This document shows, in pieces, positions 51,762-64,000 of a DNA stretch of 64,000 nucleotides. The DNA is from Haliotis rufescens (Eukaryota), in the NCBI RefSeq assembly GCF_023055435.1, contig NW_025963957.1:1550001-1614000 (forward strand), given 5' to 3'. The notes beneath the pieces were generated by a model. The model searched no databases. It was not told the DNA's origin and worked only from the letters and a program-made list of their open reading frames with translations. How positions within the stretch are numbered: the stretch's first letter is position 1; each line of letters opens with the position of its first letter. Made by a program: the position numbers and the translations under genes.

Positions 51762-54221
51762 TTATTGTTTCAAATTTGCAATCTCTCTCAGATGTTTCCA
51801 CAACGCTGTCTGATCTTCAGGGTACTCGTCCACGTGTATTATAAATTCCTCCTCAACCATGTTCAACAGACACTGGGGAAGGTCCCCTGCTTCAATGTCA
51901 CCCACCAGTAAGATCAATATCCGGTTAGGAATGAGGGCATTCATGGAGTATATTGCTGCATTGATGGTGAAATGTGACCAGGCAGAGGGGTCTTCAAGGA
52001 AATCATGTGATACAACAAGAACAGTCTTCCAACTTTTGTTAATACCTTCTATAATTCCGTCAGCAATGTCATGACCCGGAAGTACTTCACGATCTTTTAA
52101 GAAGAGACGCACAGGGTGATTACAAAGCTCTAATGCAGGCCGAATTTTCCGATAAACAAAAGGAATATCAGCTTCACAATATCCAATGTAGAGTGTGAAA
52201 GAAAAGTCTTTTCGAGTAAGATACTTGACCCCAAACCAAAGTATTCCCATGAGAATGTTTTTGAATCTTGTTGGGTTCTTGGAGATAAGGTATATAGTTA
52301 CAATAGACGTCAGGAAGACAGTCAAACATGGGACTGTGAGAGTGAACATCCATATACCAGTACAGTGACGGTAGATGCTCATGTAATTCCTGACAACCTC
52401 AACAGTTCTTGTTATTTGTCCATTGTCCTGAATACAAGGGAAATTCCTGTCAGACTCATAGATTACTGGTGAGTCCATCAACCACAGGATAAAGTCCAGA
52501 TTTTCACAGCCACAAGAAAAAGTGTTGCCCTTAACTATGACTTTCAGACGGTTTCTTTCAGCCGAAGAATCCAAGTCAGATTGTGTATACTTATCCAAAT
52601 GTCCTATCATATTATATGACATGTTCAGAAGCGTGAGACGTGGAAAAGTAGTTGTCACAATGGGAATAGTATCAAATTTGTTTTGCGAAAGATTAAGATG
52701 AATGATTCTATTTTGATTTAGGATGAATGGGAATAATTGTAGGCCATTCAACGAAAGATCCAAATATTCCACTAATTTAAGAGCACCAAATATATTCCGA
52801 GCTCTTAGCACATCGTTGGCAAATTGTAAGTTGCAATGTTTCAAAGATAACGTTTTGACGTTTGAAAATGACTTAAAAAATTCTTCAGTAACATTGCCAA
52901 GTTTGTTTCCAGATAGGTCAACATGACTTACATTTTCCAACCCCTTTACACGAGCACGATCATGTTGTTGGTTGTATCCAAAAAGCAATGTGTCAAGATG
53001 TTCGGTGTTTGTAAATGTGATTTCATCATATGTTACTGACAACATAAATGTATTTGTTGCATCGTAATATTGAAGTTTTGGGGGAAGCATCAGTGTGAGG
53101 TTACCCTTTTTTCTCCCTTCTGCTTCTTCCCATATGCTCTCAACTCTATCATATGTATGATGTTGATGACTTAAGTCAAGGTGTCTCAGTCTTGAGAACG
53201 CTGCAAAAAATAACACAAACAATGCATCTCCAATCAGGCGGTTTGTTGAAAAATCGACCACTTCCAAACATTCACGAATGGGGGATTTGTATAAAGAACC
53301 TGTTTCAATTAAACATATCCGGTTACCTTTCAAGGACAACTCCGAAACACATATCTGAGTCAAAAAGCGTGTGCTGTATTCTGTTAGGATACGATCATCC
53401 ACATCTTCCTTGAAGTGAGCTCGGGTTATATATGTGTTGTTCAACCATATTCTTGTCATGTTCCTTCCAACGAGAGGATAAAGAAGATGTAAAACATTTT
53501 GGATGCCAATTTCATTGTTGGTTAGTTCCAGATGTTTTAGGAAGGACAAAGGCTCAAGAACACCAGTCTCACAAAATGTTAAATGATGACAGTGATTAAG
53601 AAGTAGTATCTCAAGTTTTGTTTCATTTAAACTTTGAAATGTTTCATTTGTTATTTTTTCTAAAGAACAATGACCACCATCCATCTTGAGAACTTTGAGA
53701 TTTGTCAGTTTGGAGAATCCAGACCCAAAGACAGCATCTGGAACGGGGTCAATGTACAGGCTGTGGAGCTTGGTGAGGGGAGCTAACACCAAATCTGGAT
53801 ATGCTTTCATCTTGTTCTTCTCAAGATTGATTGTATGCAAATTTCCAAGGTCACGGAAAAGTCCTTCGGGTAAGGAGTTGTTGTTGTGCGACAGTTTGTT
53901 GCTTGCAAGAAGCAGAGTGGTCAGACTGAATGCCCCCACCAGGGCATCAGGCTCCATAGTGATAAGTGAGTTATTGTTCAGGTTTATGTACTTAAGACAG
54001 CCACAGTTTTGAAATGTCAAATTTCTCACAACTGTAATCTGATTGTCACTGAGGTCAAGAGAGGTAATATTCCGTGGAAGGTCGTCAGGAACATGCAGGA
54101 GTTGTCTTCCTCTACAGTCAACAAACAGTTTGCCTAATTGGTCATGGAAAGTACAGACGTGAGTGTTGACCTTTGAGATCCTTACTGCAACCATTATGAG
54201 AATTCCGATGACCGTTGCCAT
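51762..54221 (-). CDS. TLR: Toll-like receptor, type B copy 2 (819 aa)
   Basis: Complete ORF with LRR-NT/LRR/LRR-CT/TM/TIR. Central LRRs differ from type A; TIR is near-identical to type A. Confidence 0.96.
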   Translation of the reverse strand: MATVIGILIMVAVRISKVNTHVCTFHDQLGKLFVDCRGRQLLHVPDDLPRNITSLDLSDNQITVVRNLTFQNCGCLKYINLNNNSLITMEPDALVGAFSLTTLLLASNKLSHNNNSLPEGLFRDLGNLHTINLEKNKMKAYPDLVLAPLTKLHSLYIDPVPDAVFGSGFSKLTNLKVLKMDGGHCSLEKITNETFQSLNETKLEILLLNHCHHLTFCETGVLEPLSFLKHLELTNNEIGIQNVLHLLYPLVGRNMTRIWLNNTYITRAHFKEDVDDRILTEYSTRFLTQICVSELSLKGNRICLIETGSLYKSPIRECLEVVDFSTNRLIGDALFVLFFAAFSRLRHLDLSHQHHTYDRVESIWEEAEGRKKGNLTLMLPPKLQYYDATNTFMLSVTYDEITFTNTEHLDTLLFGYNQQHDRARVKGLENVSHVDLSGNKLGNVTEEFFKSFSNVKTLSLKHCNLQFANDVLRARNIFGALKLVEYLDLSLNGLQLFPFILNQNRIIHLNLSQNKFDTIPIVTTTFPRLTLLNMSYNMIGHLDKYTQSDLDSSAERNRLKVIVKGNTFSCGCENLDFILWLMDSPVIYESDRNFPCIQDNGQITRTVEVVRNYMSIYRHCTGIWMFTLTVPCLTVFLTSIVTIYLISKNPTRFKNILMGILWFGVKYLTRKDFSFTLYIGYCEADIPFVYRKIRPALELCNHPVRLFLKDREVLPGHDIADGIIEGINKSWKTVLVVSHDFLEDPSAWSHFTINAAIYSMNALIPNRILILLVGDIEAGDLPQCLLNMVEEEFIIHVDEYPEDQTALWKHLREIANLKQ

Positions 54222-54794
54222 AATGACTGGAAAAGAAGAAAAGAAGTTTCAATGACATATTATCAACGGTTATAATGAAAGCATCTAAGACTTCCATCCT
54301 TTGATAGTTATACAGGGATTGATGCACTCTGCTTTTTAGAAAATATATTTTTTTATAATTTGAAAAATCATAACATAAAATCCAAATCCTAAAAGTCAAA
54401 CTTGAAAACATCAGAAATTTGTCTGAAAATTGTAATTTGCAGACAAATATACAGTGTATCTACTCCAATTATTGACATTGTCCCTTAGCAAACATGTTTG
54501 TCGCTTTCATCCGTTTTATATTGGCAATATCATATCCTTGGGTGCTCGCATGTGCACGGTTAAGCCAGACTGTTGCTCTCTTATCTGGGTACATTCATAG
54601 TAATTATACGTTTTGATGTGAGAGGTCATATGATATCAGTGAAATTATCTTTAAACAATGTCATTGTCACAAGCAACATCGTCAACAAAAGCTGAGGTTG
54701 AAGTGCAGCAGATGCCCAAAAGAAACACAGCGAATTACTTGAATATTCATAATAAAAAGTCATACCCAAAAATGTTAAAAGATGGTAATCGTTG

Positions 54795-54796
<2 letters not shown>

Positions 54797-54868
<72 letters not shown>
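54797..54868. repeat. (CA)n microsatellite inside a decayed SINE family 1 remnant (~54760-54940)
   Basis: Direct reading; flanks match family-1 segments. Confidence 0.9.
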
Positions 54869-54872
<4 letters not shown>

Positions 54873-55405
54873 ATGCACACACGTCGCTCTATAAGTGCAA
54901 TACTTTTGGACGCGACTTATAACCACATTTCAACTCACCTTAACTTTATTTAAAATACTAGTTAGCGCTCCAAGTCTAAAAGGCAAGAGCCGTATTGTAA
55001 CAGTTCTGTTAATAATTTATTAATATTTATTCTACTATGACATTGAAGTGTGCTTGATACTGACAGGCTAAATATTAAAACTTTTCAACCAAAAACATAT
55101 CGATCCATAAAAGATGGCTGTATTCGGTATTACCGCATTAATTATGTGAGGTACCGGCGTGCCGAATAGAGGAAGTACGTACGTTTCATATCGGATGTTT
55201 TTGGTGACAATTTTGACGTACGTAAATCTGACGGGTTCGATGATGAGATGTGAAGAGATGAAATGCTGGAGTTCCTCTTCGATAACATCTATGTAAAAGT
55301 TTGGGGTAAGGCATTCAGGCAAGAGGTGAGGTGAAATGGGGTTTAACGTCGCGTCCAAGACTATTGCACTTATATAGCGACGTGCAAGCACACGGCAGTT
55401 AAACA

Positions 55406-56510
55406 AATCCACAGTGACTGGGATAACTGTGTGTTTGTGAGGCTTGAGTCTGACGTGAAACCTGTCAGTCTGGGTGGACTGTATGTGCTTCCGGAAGGGT
55501 CCCTGCTATACCGCAATCTGTCGGGAGACGACGGAATTGATCAATTGGAGACTGTGATAGCTTGTACTAAGTCTTGCATGGCACAGACATTGACATGGTT
55601 CTACATGGGTCCTTAACGCACGAACTGCATCCCAGGAGGATTTCATTTTAGAGAATGAAAGTGATGTTGAATTGCTGGATCTAGGAGAGATGTATGAAAC
55701 AGATATGTTCTGTGAAGGAAGGAAATCACAAGATGAGAAAATAAATAAGTTTGGTTTGTCATTTTTTTAAATATATGTAAACAACGGGGAATTCATATTG
55801 TGAATGGAAAGAAACCGGGTGACTTGGAAGGCTGTTTTACGTACATATGTCCATATGGGACTAGTTTTATAGACTATTTTCTTGTATCTAGAAACAATTG
55901 TAATGCTATCAAAGATTTATATGTACACAGCAGAACGCAGTCTGACAACGTGCCCGTTTTCTGTCAATTGTTACATTCTATTAGTCAGCCGCCGTCACCG
56001 TCTGTCCAGGAACCATTAATTCCAATGAAAGTTCCCAGATATGTGTGGTCCGAGGATGGATATAAGTTCAATATAGACAATATCTCTTCTCCCCCAGCAA
56101 AAGCAATAATTGACAGCTTTCTTGATTTTCTCGTAAATGTAAACGAGGCTGCTGACAAACTGTCTACTATATTTCAGATCATTAGTGCGGACATGGAAAA
56201 GACGCCGACTAATTTAAAGGCTGCAAATAAACAACCAGGGTGGTTTGATGAGGAAGGTTCAGTCAAAAAACGAATTAAATATTCATCGATTACATATTCT
56301 TCGAAAAAATACGATAAACAAACCTGGAAGTTATTGAGAGGCGAAACGAGATTTTAAAAAGAAATGTGAGGAAAAGGAGACTACTAACAATAAAGAAACG
56401 ACAGATCGCATTAACTCGGCAGTTGGTGATAGAAATTGTCGGGGTTTTTTCCAAGAGATATTTGTCAATCAGAAATAAAGCATCCTCTAATGCATCATCT
56501 AATGCTTTAA
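55406..56510 (+). mobile_element. Degenerate LINE ORF2 fragment, paralog of 26845-27830
   Basis: ORF 55800-56357 (NGKKPGDLEGCFTY..GTSFIDYFLVS..QPGWFDEE). Retains a segment deleted in the first copy but lacks ORF1. Confidence 0.85.
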
Positions 56511-58967
56511 AGCATTGTCATTTTTTTTTATTCCATTAATGTAAATTGGTGGGGGTTTTTCTGTTAAAGCGAGAGTGACAATGTGACAATCCACATTCTT
56601 TTCAATGTTCTTGACCGTGGAATGGGTTCTTTTGATGTGAGGTTCATATATCCAGAAATATAGGCTTTGCAATAAATTGAGCTAAAGTTACAGGTCTTTC
56701 AGTTGAAGAGTGTTAGGCAGGCAGCCTTTATTTCAATACCGGAAGTGGTATAATCCAAACCGTAAGTACAAATATCAAAGTTACAAAGTAAGCCACAGCT
56801 GTCATACTTTCTCCTTTGAAGTTCTAATATAGTCAGCATCTGTTTCCTGAAACAACAAAGGACATAATCCAAACTAGATGTGCCAATAACTAATTTTATA
56901 AACTGAGATAGAACCAGGTGGCTACAAATTTTAGGTTTTAAAGCAGTGAAAAAGAATTCTTAAACCGGAAGTTAGACAATTCAAACACTTAAAAGCTTTG
57001 TTGCACAACGAGATCCAACCATGGGTCATTCAAGTTTATAATAAGGACGTGTTTTCTGAAACCATAAGTGACATAATGCAAAAACATGAAGTACTAATAA
57101 GTTTGTTACAAACCGAACTAGAACTGTGGGGCTTTGTAGTTTTCCATTCCAATTAAATGTTCTGTGTCAAACCGGAAGTGATAATTTATTAATTTTCTGG
57201 TTCTAAGTGCACTGGTAGAAAGTATCTGTTGACATTCTTTGATAAGACCAGACGTAGTTACTCCTTAAAGCTATCTAAGCGAGCTAAAAGGATGTGGAAC
57301 ATGCCAATGGGCACCTATCGCAACCTTGATAAAGCAGTGAGAATGGATGTCATTGGAGCCCGACATATTTGGTTTCAATTTTATGAATAAATGCTTCATT
57401 TTTAATCTAAACCTCATCAAAAATCTGAATCAAATTCCACTGCAACAGCACATCCTACCAAAATATCAGCTATCTGGATATACCAATTTCTGAGAATTCT
57501 AAATGATTTCAATAAAATTATGTTGGGTTTTCATATTTTAAACATATGATCCATTTCATATTATCGTCCAACACGACTTGATACAGTTTCCGATCCCCTG
57601 GTCTTGTAGTTTGTCAGAAGAAAATAATTAAATATAGTACAGTTTGAGTTTATATCATTTTTGGTTTTCTTTTAATGTTGTTATTTAATTGGCATGTACA
57701 TATCTGATGGAAACATATATCAATGTTTCTAAATTTCTATACATGCGGTTTCTTAGCAAAGAGACTTTAAAACATAATTTGACTTTGTTTTCATTTATAA
57801 ACAAAACACTTAAAATATTCACACTTAGTTTTAGTTTTTACGAAAAGACTCTTCGCTCTCCATGTCTTAAAAACTGACCGCTGGAATGTTTTCAGTACAT
57901 TTCTGTCAGATACAGTTATATTGGGAATCAAGTGGTCACAGCTGTCACCAAGCAGATCATGTGCCACCGTACCCTTATGTCCTGGGTCTCTACTCATAAT
58001 TCAATCACTGGTTTGTTTACTTGGTTCCATTATCCTTTTACTGTTAAGCGACGACAAAGAACAGTAACATGGTTTTAGTATTGTCACATATTGTATGTAA
58101 AATTTAACCTGTGTTGGTTGTGACATCGTTCCCGGGCGGCGTTCAACAACTAACCAAAGAAGACCTATTCTACCCCGGAATCTTCACGGGTCACTAACAA
58201 ACAGAACTGACTAAACTTTGTTCACTGGACTTCGATAAGGTGTTAATTTGGTGTTGATGCGACACATCAATAGGTCGTTTCAGCATTTGCTGTTTGTTCT
58301 TGTTTAACGTCGCAATGAGAAATATTCCAGCTGTCTGAAGGCCGTATGTAAATAACCGGGTCTCGATGAGACAATCCAGCGATTTAAATATATCAAACTT
58401 TTGTGTACAATGTGTTTACTAGTCTGGACTAGCATATACTTTCGTTCCAGGCGTATTTTGACCTTGAGTCGACATTTGCAGCATAACAGTTTCACAAAAT
58501 CAAAAATGCGGACATGGGCAATAAAAATGAAAGTAAGCGCAAAAAAAGGCTTTAGCAATTGGTTGCCATTGAAACCAAACTTGCATTCTAAATGGTCCTA
58601 CACCTTGTGACAAGAAAGTAACGGACCAGGTTCAGGTGACCCTAACTGACCACGGACCTCGAGGCAGCGTTTTGGACAAATTGACAAGTACGTCAATTAC
58701 CCCTTCGCTTGTCAAAGCCAAAACAGACATTACTTAGGCCATTGAGGCAAGGGCTGGGGATTTACATCCCCCTTAACGCGGGGTCTATTTCTGGGGGAAA
58801 TAAGGTACGTGACCCTGTGACCCCCAGAAACCCGACTTTGACCTTTGCAGTGGAAAGACAGTTGACCATGCTTACACATATCTTCTCTGATATTGCTTGA
58901 CTGAAATGTTACATGCAGATTCCTTCTCATGAAAATCGTTTTTCTTTTAAATATTTTCAAAAAATCA

Positions 58968-60072
58968 AACCTAGACTATAATAAACTGTTGTCCCTCATA
59001 AACATGTATCTCACCCATGAACATACCTAGACTATAATAAACTGTGGTCACTCATATGCATCTATCTCACCCAAGAACATATCGAGACTGTTATAAACTG
59101 TGATCACTCATAAACATGTTTCTCATCCATGAACATACCTAGACTATAATAAACTGTGGTCACTCATATGCATCTATCTCACCCAAGAACATATCGAGAC
59201 TGTTATAAACTGTGATCACTCATATATATGTTTCTCACCCATGAACATACCTAGACTATAATAAACTGTGGTCACTCATATGCATCTATCTCACCCATGA
59301 ACATATCTAGACTGTAATAAACTGTTGTCACTCATAAACATGTATCTCATCCATGAACATACCTAGACTATAATAAACTGTGGTCACTCATATGCATCTA
59401 TCTCACCCATGAACATATCGAGACTGTTATAAACTGTGATCACTCATATACATCTTTCTCACCCATGAACATATCTAGACTGTAATAAACTGTTGTCACT
59501 CATATTCATGTATCTCATCCATGAACATACCTAGACTTTAATAAACTGTGGTCACTCATATGCATCTAACTCCCCCATGAACATATCTAGACTGTAATAA
59601 ACTGTGATCACTCATATACATGTATCTCACCCATGAACATACCTAGACTTAATGAACTGTGGCCACTCATATGTATCTATCTCACCCATGAACATATCTA
59701 GACTGTAATAAACTGTTGTCACTCATATACATGTTTCTCACCCATGAACATAATAATTATCTAGACTGTAATAAACTGTTGTCACTCATAAACATGTTTC
59801 TCATCCATGAACATACCTAGACTATAATAAACTGTGGTCACTCATATGCATCTATCTCACCCATAAACATATCGAGACTGTTATAAACTGTGATCACTCA
59901 TATACATGTTTCTCATCCATGAACATACCTAGACTATAATAAACTGTGGTCACTCATATGCATCTATCTCACCCATGAGCATATCTAGACTGTAATAAAC
60001 TGTTGTCACTCATAAGCATCTATCTCACCCATGAACATACCTAGACTTAATGAACTGTGGCCACTCATATGT
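58968..60072. repeat. 56-bp minisatellite, paralogous copy (~19-20 units)
   Basis: Same unit and flanks as 30336-31710, 272 bp shorter. Confidence 0.95.
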
Positions 60073-61962
60073 ATGTATGTAACCATGAACCTATCAAGAC
60101 TATAATCATCATTCATTTTCATCTATCTCACCCAAATACATATCTAGGCTATAATGAACTGTACCTATATGCATGTATGCAACCGCTGAATAGATGTACG
60201 GAAAAGACCAATCTGAAGCCAGTAAAAGTAATCACAAAGGTAATAACAGTGTTGAGGGAAAAATCAGATATGGACTCACATTATCCACTTCTGCACTTGA
60301 CAAATGGTTTATACCCAAACTGTACCAGTGTGGTCTACATGACATGAGTGTACTGTGTCCTTCAAACTGTGTCGCAGTGTACTCCGCAAACATGACTGAA
60401 ACCAAAAGCTTCCTCAGTATTAACTTCCGTGATTAGGTTTAAATATCAAAATCTTAAAATGCGTGTTTCACCTTCCTTTTCAAAATCGAGGAACAAATAA
60501 GATTAACTGTACAAATAGTTGTTCAACAGATAAAAGATACATGAGGAAAAACACAACTGTTGTTTGAACAGATGCATGTTCCGACATACAATTGGTGTAG
60601 TTAATGATCACTTGTTTACATTCCATGTTCATAACTGACTAGATGCAAATATGATTGTTACAACATGCTTTGTTTGTTATAACGCCTCACTATTCAAGTA
60701 ATAAGCCAGCTGTGAGGTGGTGGCCTGTAAATAACCGAGTCTGTGACAATCAAACCATTGATTGATCTGAGCAATGATCTGAGCCGTCCGGGTGCGACAA
60801 TACGCAATAAACCAATACGCTGAGTCTGACCACCCGACCCATTCAGTCGCCTCCTACGACCAGCATAGGTTGCCGGGGATCAATTCTAAATCGAACTCAC
60901 CATGGGTTCCAAATTGTCACCTCTTACGACGAGCAATGGGGTGCTGGGGACACATTGTTCCCCGTTTCCCACTTTTATTCGACTAATCCTGATCATCACA
61001 TTTACTTGATTGACCAATCCATAATGATGACCATCACTTAATCGCCACCGGTCTGAACTGAACTGAACCTTTATTTACACTAAGGCCGCTCTCAGCGGCA
61101 TCAGAGGTACAAAATATTTCAACAACATAATACATATACATATAAATATAGAACAGATTTTTAGAAAACTTTGCCGAGCATGCATGCATGTTATACAGAT
61201 TTACTAGGGTAGCACTATATGTGCAATTCAATAAGAGGGAGAGTTACTGTATAGGTTTAAACAATGACGTGATGATTTTACCTAATTTGGGACAGTTTTC
61301 TCAATGTTCCTAATCGTGAATTATTGAAAAGTACATTCATTTATGCATATTGGGTTTGATGTAGTTGAATCTGTGTAAAAAGGTTTTCTTTCGTTTTCTA
61401 AAGATGGACAAATAAATAAATAATGGAATTCATCACCTATGTCAGATAATTTACAAAGAGGACATTTCCTTTCGGTTAAAGGTATTTTTCTCTCCCAGTT
61501 TCATTAGGTAGGTTATGGTTACAAGCTCCAAACTTACGTAAGACTCACCAAAACGTTCTTCTGCAGTACGTTTAAATAATATTTAAAGTTTAGGTTATCA
61601 CTTTTTATGCTACTATACATTGTGCCTTTTGAAGACTCAAGCTGTGCTCAGTGACAACCTAAGGAATCCTCTCCGGGCCATTTTTTACTTAAAATATTGA
61701 CACCGATCTGAGCGCAATTAGAAACAATTTAACCGAGGTCTTAATGTAATAGGCAATCCTTTTGAGGACAGGGGGCACGAAAAAAATACCTGATTCTCAT
61801 AAAATGTTACAAATACACATGTTATATCCCGAAAGAGGCATGAAAAGCCAATTTCTATGTAAAGATACCAAGCAAGCACTCGTCAGAATTGGTTTGGAAG
61901 TCTTTAGTTTATATCATTGTAATGCTACGAAATAGTATGAAAAGCTGCACCATCAGTACATA

Positions 61963-62134
61963 TAGTAAACTACCGTTATAACGAATTCAAAGGGGGCACT
62001 AATTTTAGTTCGTTATAACCGTAGTTCGTTATAAGCATATATACAGCATAACAAAAGCAAATAGTGGGGACAACAAATTAAGTTCGTTATATCCGTCAGT
62101 TCGTTATAAGCGTGTTCGTTATAAACCTGGTTTA

Positions 62135-62137
<3 letters not shown>
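61963..62137. mobile_element. Tc1/pogo-type MITE with TA target sites (paralog from ~33605, running into the N gap)
   Basis: Imperfect TIRs tagtaaactaccgttataacgaa / ttcgttataaacctggtttactg, internal gttcgttata repeats, flanked by TA on both sides. Confidence 0.7.
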
Positions 62138-62221
<84 letters not shown>

Positions 62222-62224
62222 TAT
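62138..62224. repeat. (TA)n microsatellite at the MITE end
   Basis: Direct reading. Confidence 0.95.
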
Positions 62225-64000
62225 CTTGAAAACAGGAAGATAATCGACTCGCCCGGCTAGCTCCAGCCGGAAAAATATTGTTTTGTGCACGTGACTATCA
62301 CATGATACACAAACGTGGCGATGCAATGCAGCCTTATAACTATATACTGTTTCCGTGTGCGATTGTCTTCAAATCAAAGTACGTTGCAAGTTTCGTTTAA
62401 GCTCTGAATAACTGGTCTTAAAAATATCCGTTATGTTATACGAACTATATGCGTCTGGATCAGTTCTTACTCGTTTCACAGTGAATTCCTGTCACTACTC
62501 CAGTACTGATGCTGTTCTAGGCATTATGTGGTTAGAGAAGAACAGCGCGTGACAGTTACTGCCTTAATACACATCAGTAATTTTGCAGATATTGTCACGG
62601 GAACAACACGTGGGATACAAAGGGATCTGACACCTCTTGGAGATAAACTGTTGCCAAAGCCTCGACCTACTGAATCGAATCAGAAACCAATTTAGTTTCG
62701 TTTACTCACCTCTTCAGAAATAAGAACAATAGGCAACTGTAGCTTAGGTTTTTGCTGTGTGTCTCGTGGTGAAATGGTGTGGTGTGTTTTTAAGTTATGG
62801 CATCGATTGACGATAACTTTGTTTGCTTGTCAGAAAGCTTTGTATGTAAGGAAAAGGATGAAATTAACACATTGATTTTGTTAACTTTGAATTCAACATC
62901 CTTTTTGAGAAGCCTTCTTCGTGGTCAGGGGGTACGGGTGGCCAACTGGTCAAATGTGCTGCAATTGTCTATGATGCCTTTGCTCATGAGTAACGCCTAA
63001 AGCCTGCGTCACTTCGATCTTTCTCCTCATAATATATTCAAAGCGGCGCTAAAGTCAACTAACTCACTAACTCATCGTTTAAATTCATCTTTGCAGAGAT
63101 TTGGTACAAAGTAAAATGAAACGTGATTTCTGAACGCCAAATGCTCAATAATGTATGCACTAAACATATCGTGGGGATTCCGGGTTAGAACTGATCCCAA
63201 GTAAATCCTACTGGATTTTGCGCCCATCGTAAACCGTGGCGTGGAATATCCATGATATGACTGGTTTGTCAGGGCAAGAATCGAATGTTTACAGGCCGCC
63301 GTTCTAGAGATGGAATAGACATTTACACACTACACACTGGACGATCATCTGATCCATTAATGATTTAGGCAGATGTTCCATAAGGAAGTGGCAGTTATCG
63401 AAGTATTTCCTTGTTCCTATTAATATGAGAGGTGGGGTAGCCTAGTGGTTAAAGCGTTCGCTCTTCATGGCGAAGACATGGGTACGAATCTCCACATGGG
63501 CACAATGTGTGAAGTCCGTTTATGATATTGCTGGAATATTGTTAAAATTGGCATAAAATCAAACTAACTCACTCCTATTAATAATGCATGGATAGTAACC
63601 AATGAAAAGGATATTTGGAATGTTAATACAGTGGATATAGCATTTTTGTTTCTTTGTTTGTTGTTTAACGCCGCACTCAGCAATATTCCAACTATATCAC
63701 GGCGGTCTGGACCAGATAATCCAGTGATTGACACTATGAGCATCGATCTACGCAATAAGGATACGATGACATGCATCAACCAAGTCAGCGAGCCTGACCA
63801 CCCGATCCCGTTAGTCGCCTGTAACGACAAGCACAGTCGCCTTTTATGGAAAGTATGGGTTGTTCACGGGTCGGATATCGCATGTGCATGTATTGATAGA
63901 TGTGTGGGTGCCTTCTCGCACGGAATCCTCACCCGGGACCTAATATATGGTATTTGTACTGGCCTTGATGTCACTAACTAGACTACCTGGTCACATTATC

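Larger units (their letters stand above)
36480..64000. repeat. Second copy of a ~28-30 kb tandem segmental duplication (first copy ~6350-35650)
   Basis: Collinear paralogy with offsets 30514 (TLR-A), 29368 (TLR-B), 28634 (30075/58709), 28362 (31695/60057) and 28354 (35277/63631). Confidence 0.95.

Noticed and set aside
6350-64000. Whole duplication as a pure haplotype-assembly artefact
   Set aside because: Copies differ by large indels, array sizes and a divergent B N-terminus, and part of the repeat occurs twice on the same side of the gap. Not fully excluded without read depth.

Overview
Eukaryotic, AT-rich invertebrate DNA. The SINE repertoire resembles molluscan, possibly abalone-like, sequence (inference from memory, no search run). 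The window is a tandem cluster of four minus-strand Toll-like receptor genes with intronless CDSs (LRR-NT, LRRs, one LRR-CT, TM, TIR) in an A-B-A-B order, produced by a ~28-30 kb segmental duplication: A1 7919-10375, B1 22394-24851 (1-bp frameshift), A2 38433-40889, B2 51762-54221. A and B have clearly different central LRRs but near-identical TIR domains and 3' flanks. Each gene has a splice acceptor just before the ATG and a homologous putative non-coding first exon/promoter. That exon lies ~1.4 kb upstream in A and ~8.5-9.5 kb upstream in B, where the intron is inflated by a LINE, SINEs, a 56-bp minisatellite and a MITE. Spacers carry three arrays of a 79-bp satellite, at least four SINE families (several with TSDs), a Tc1 transposase relic, microsatellites and one 129-N gap. 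Nearly all short ORFs in the track are spurious. No CRISPR, rRNA or genuine tRNA genes were found. The most interesting signal is the evolutionary mechanics of the cluster rather than a new gene type.
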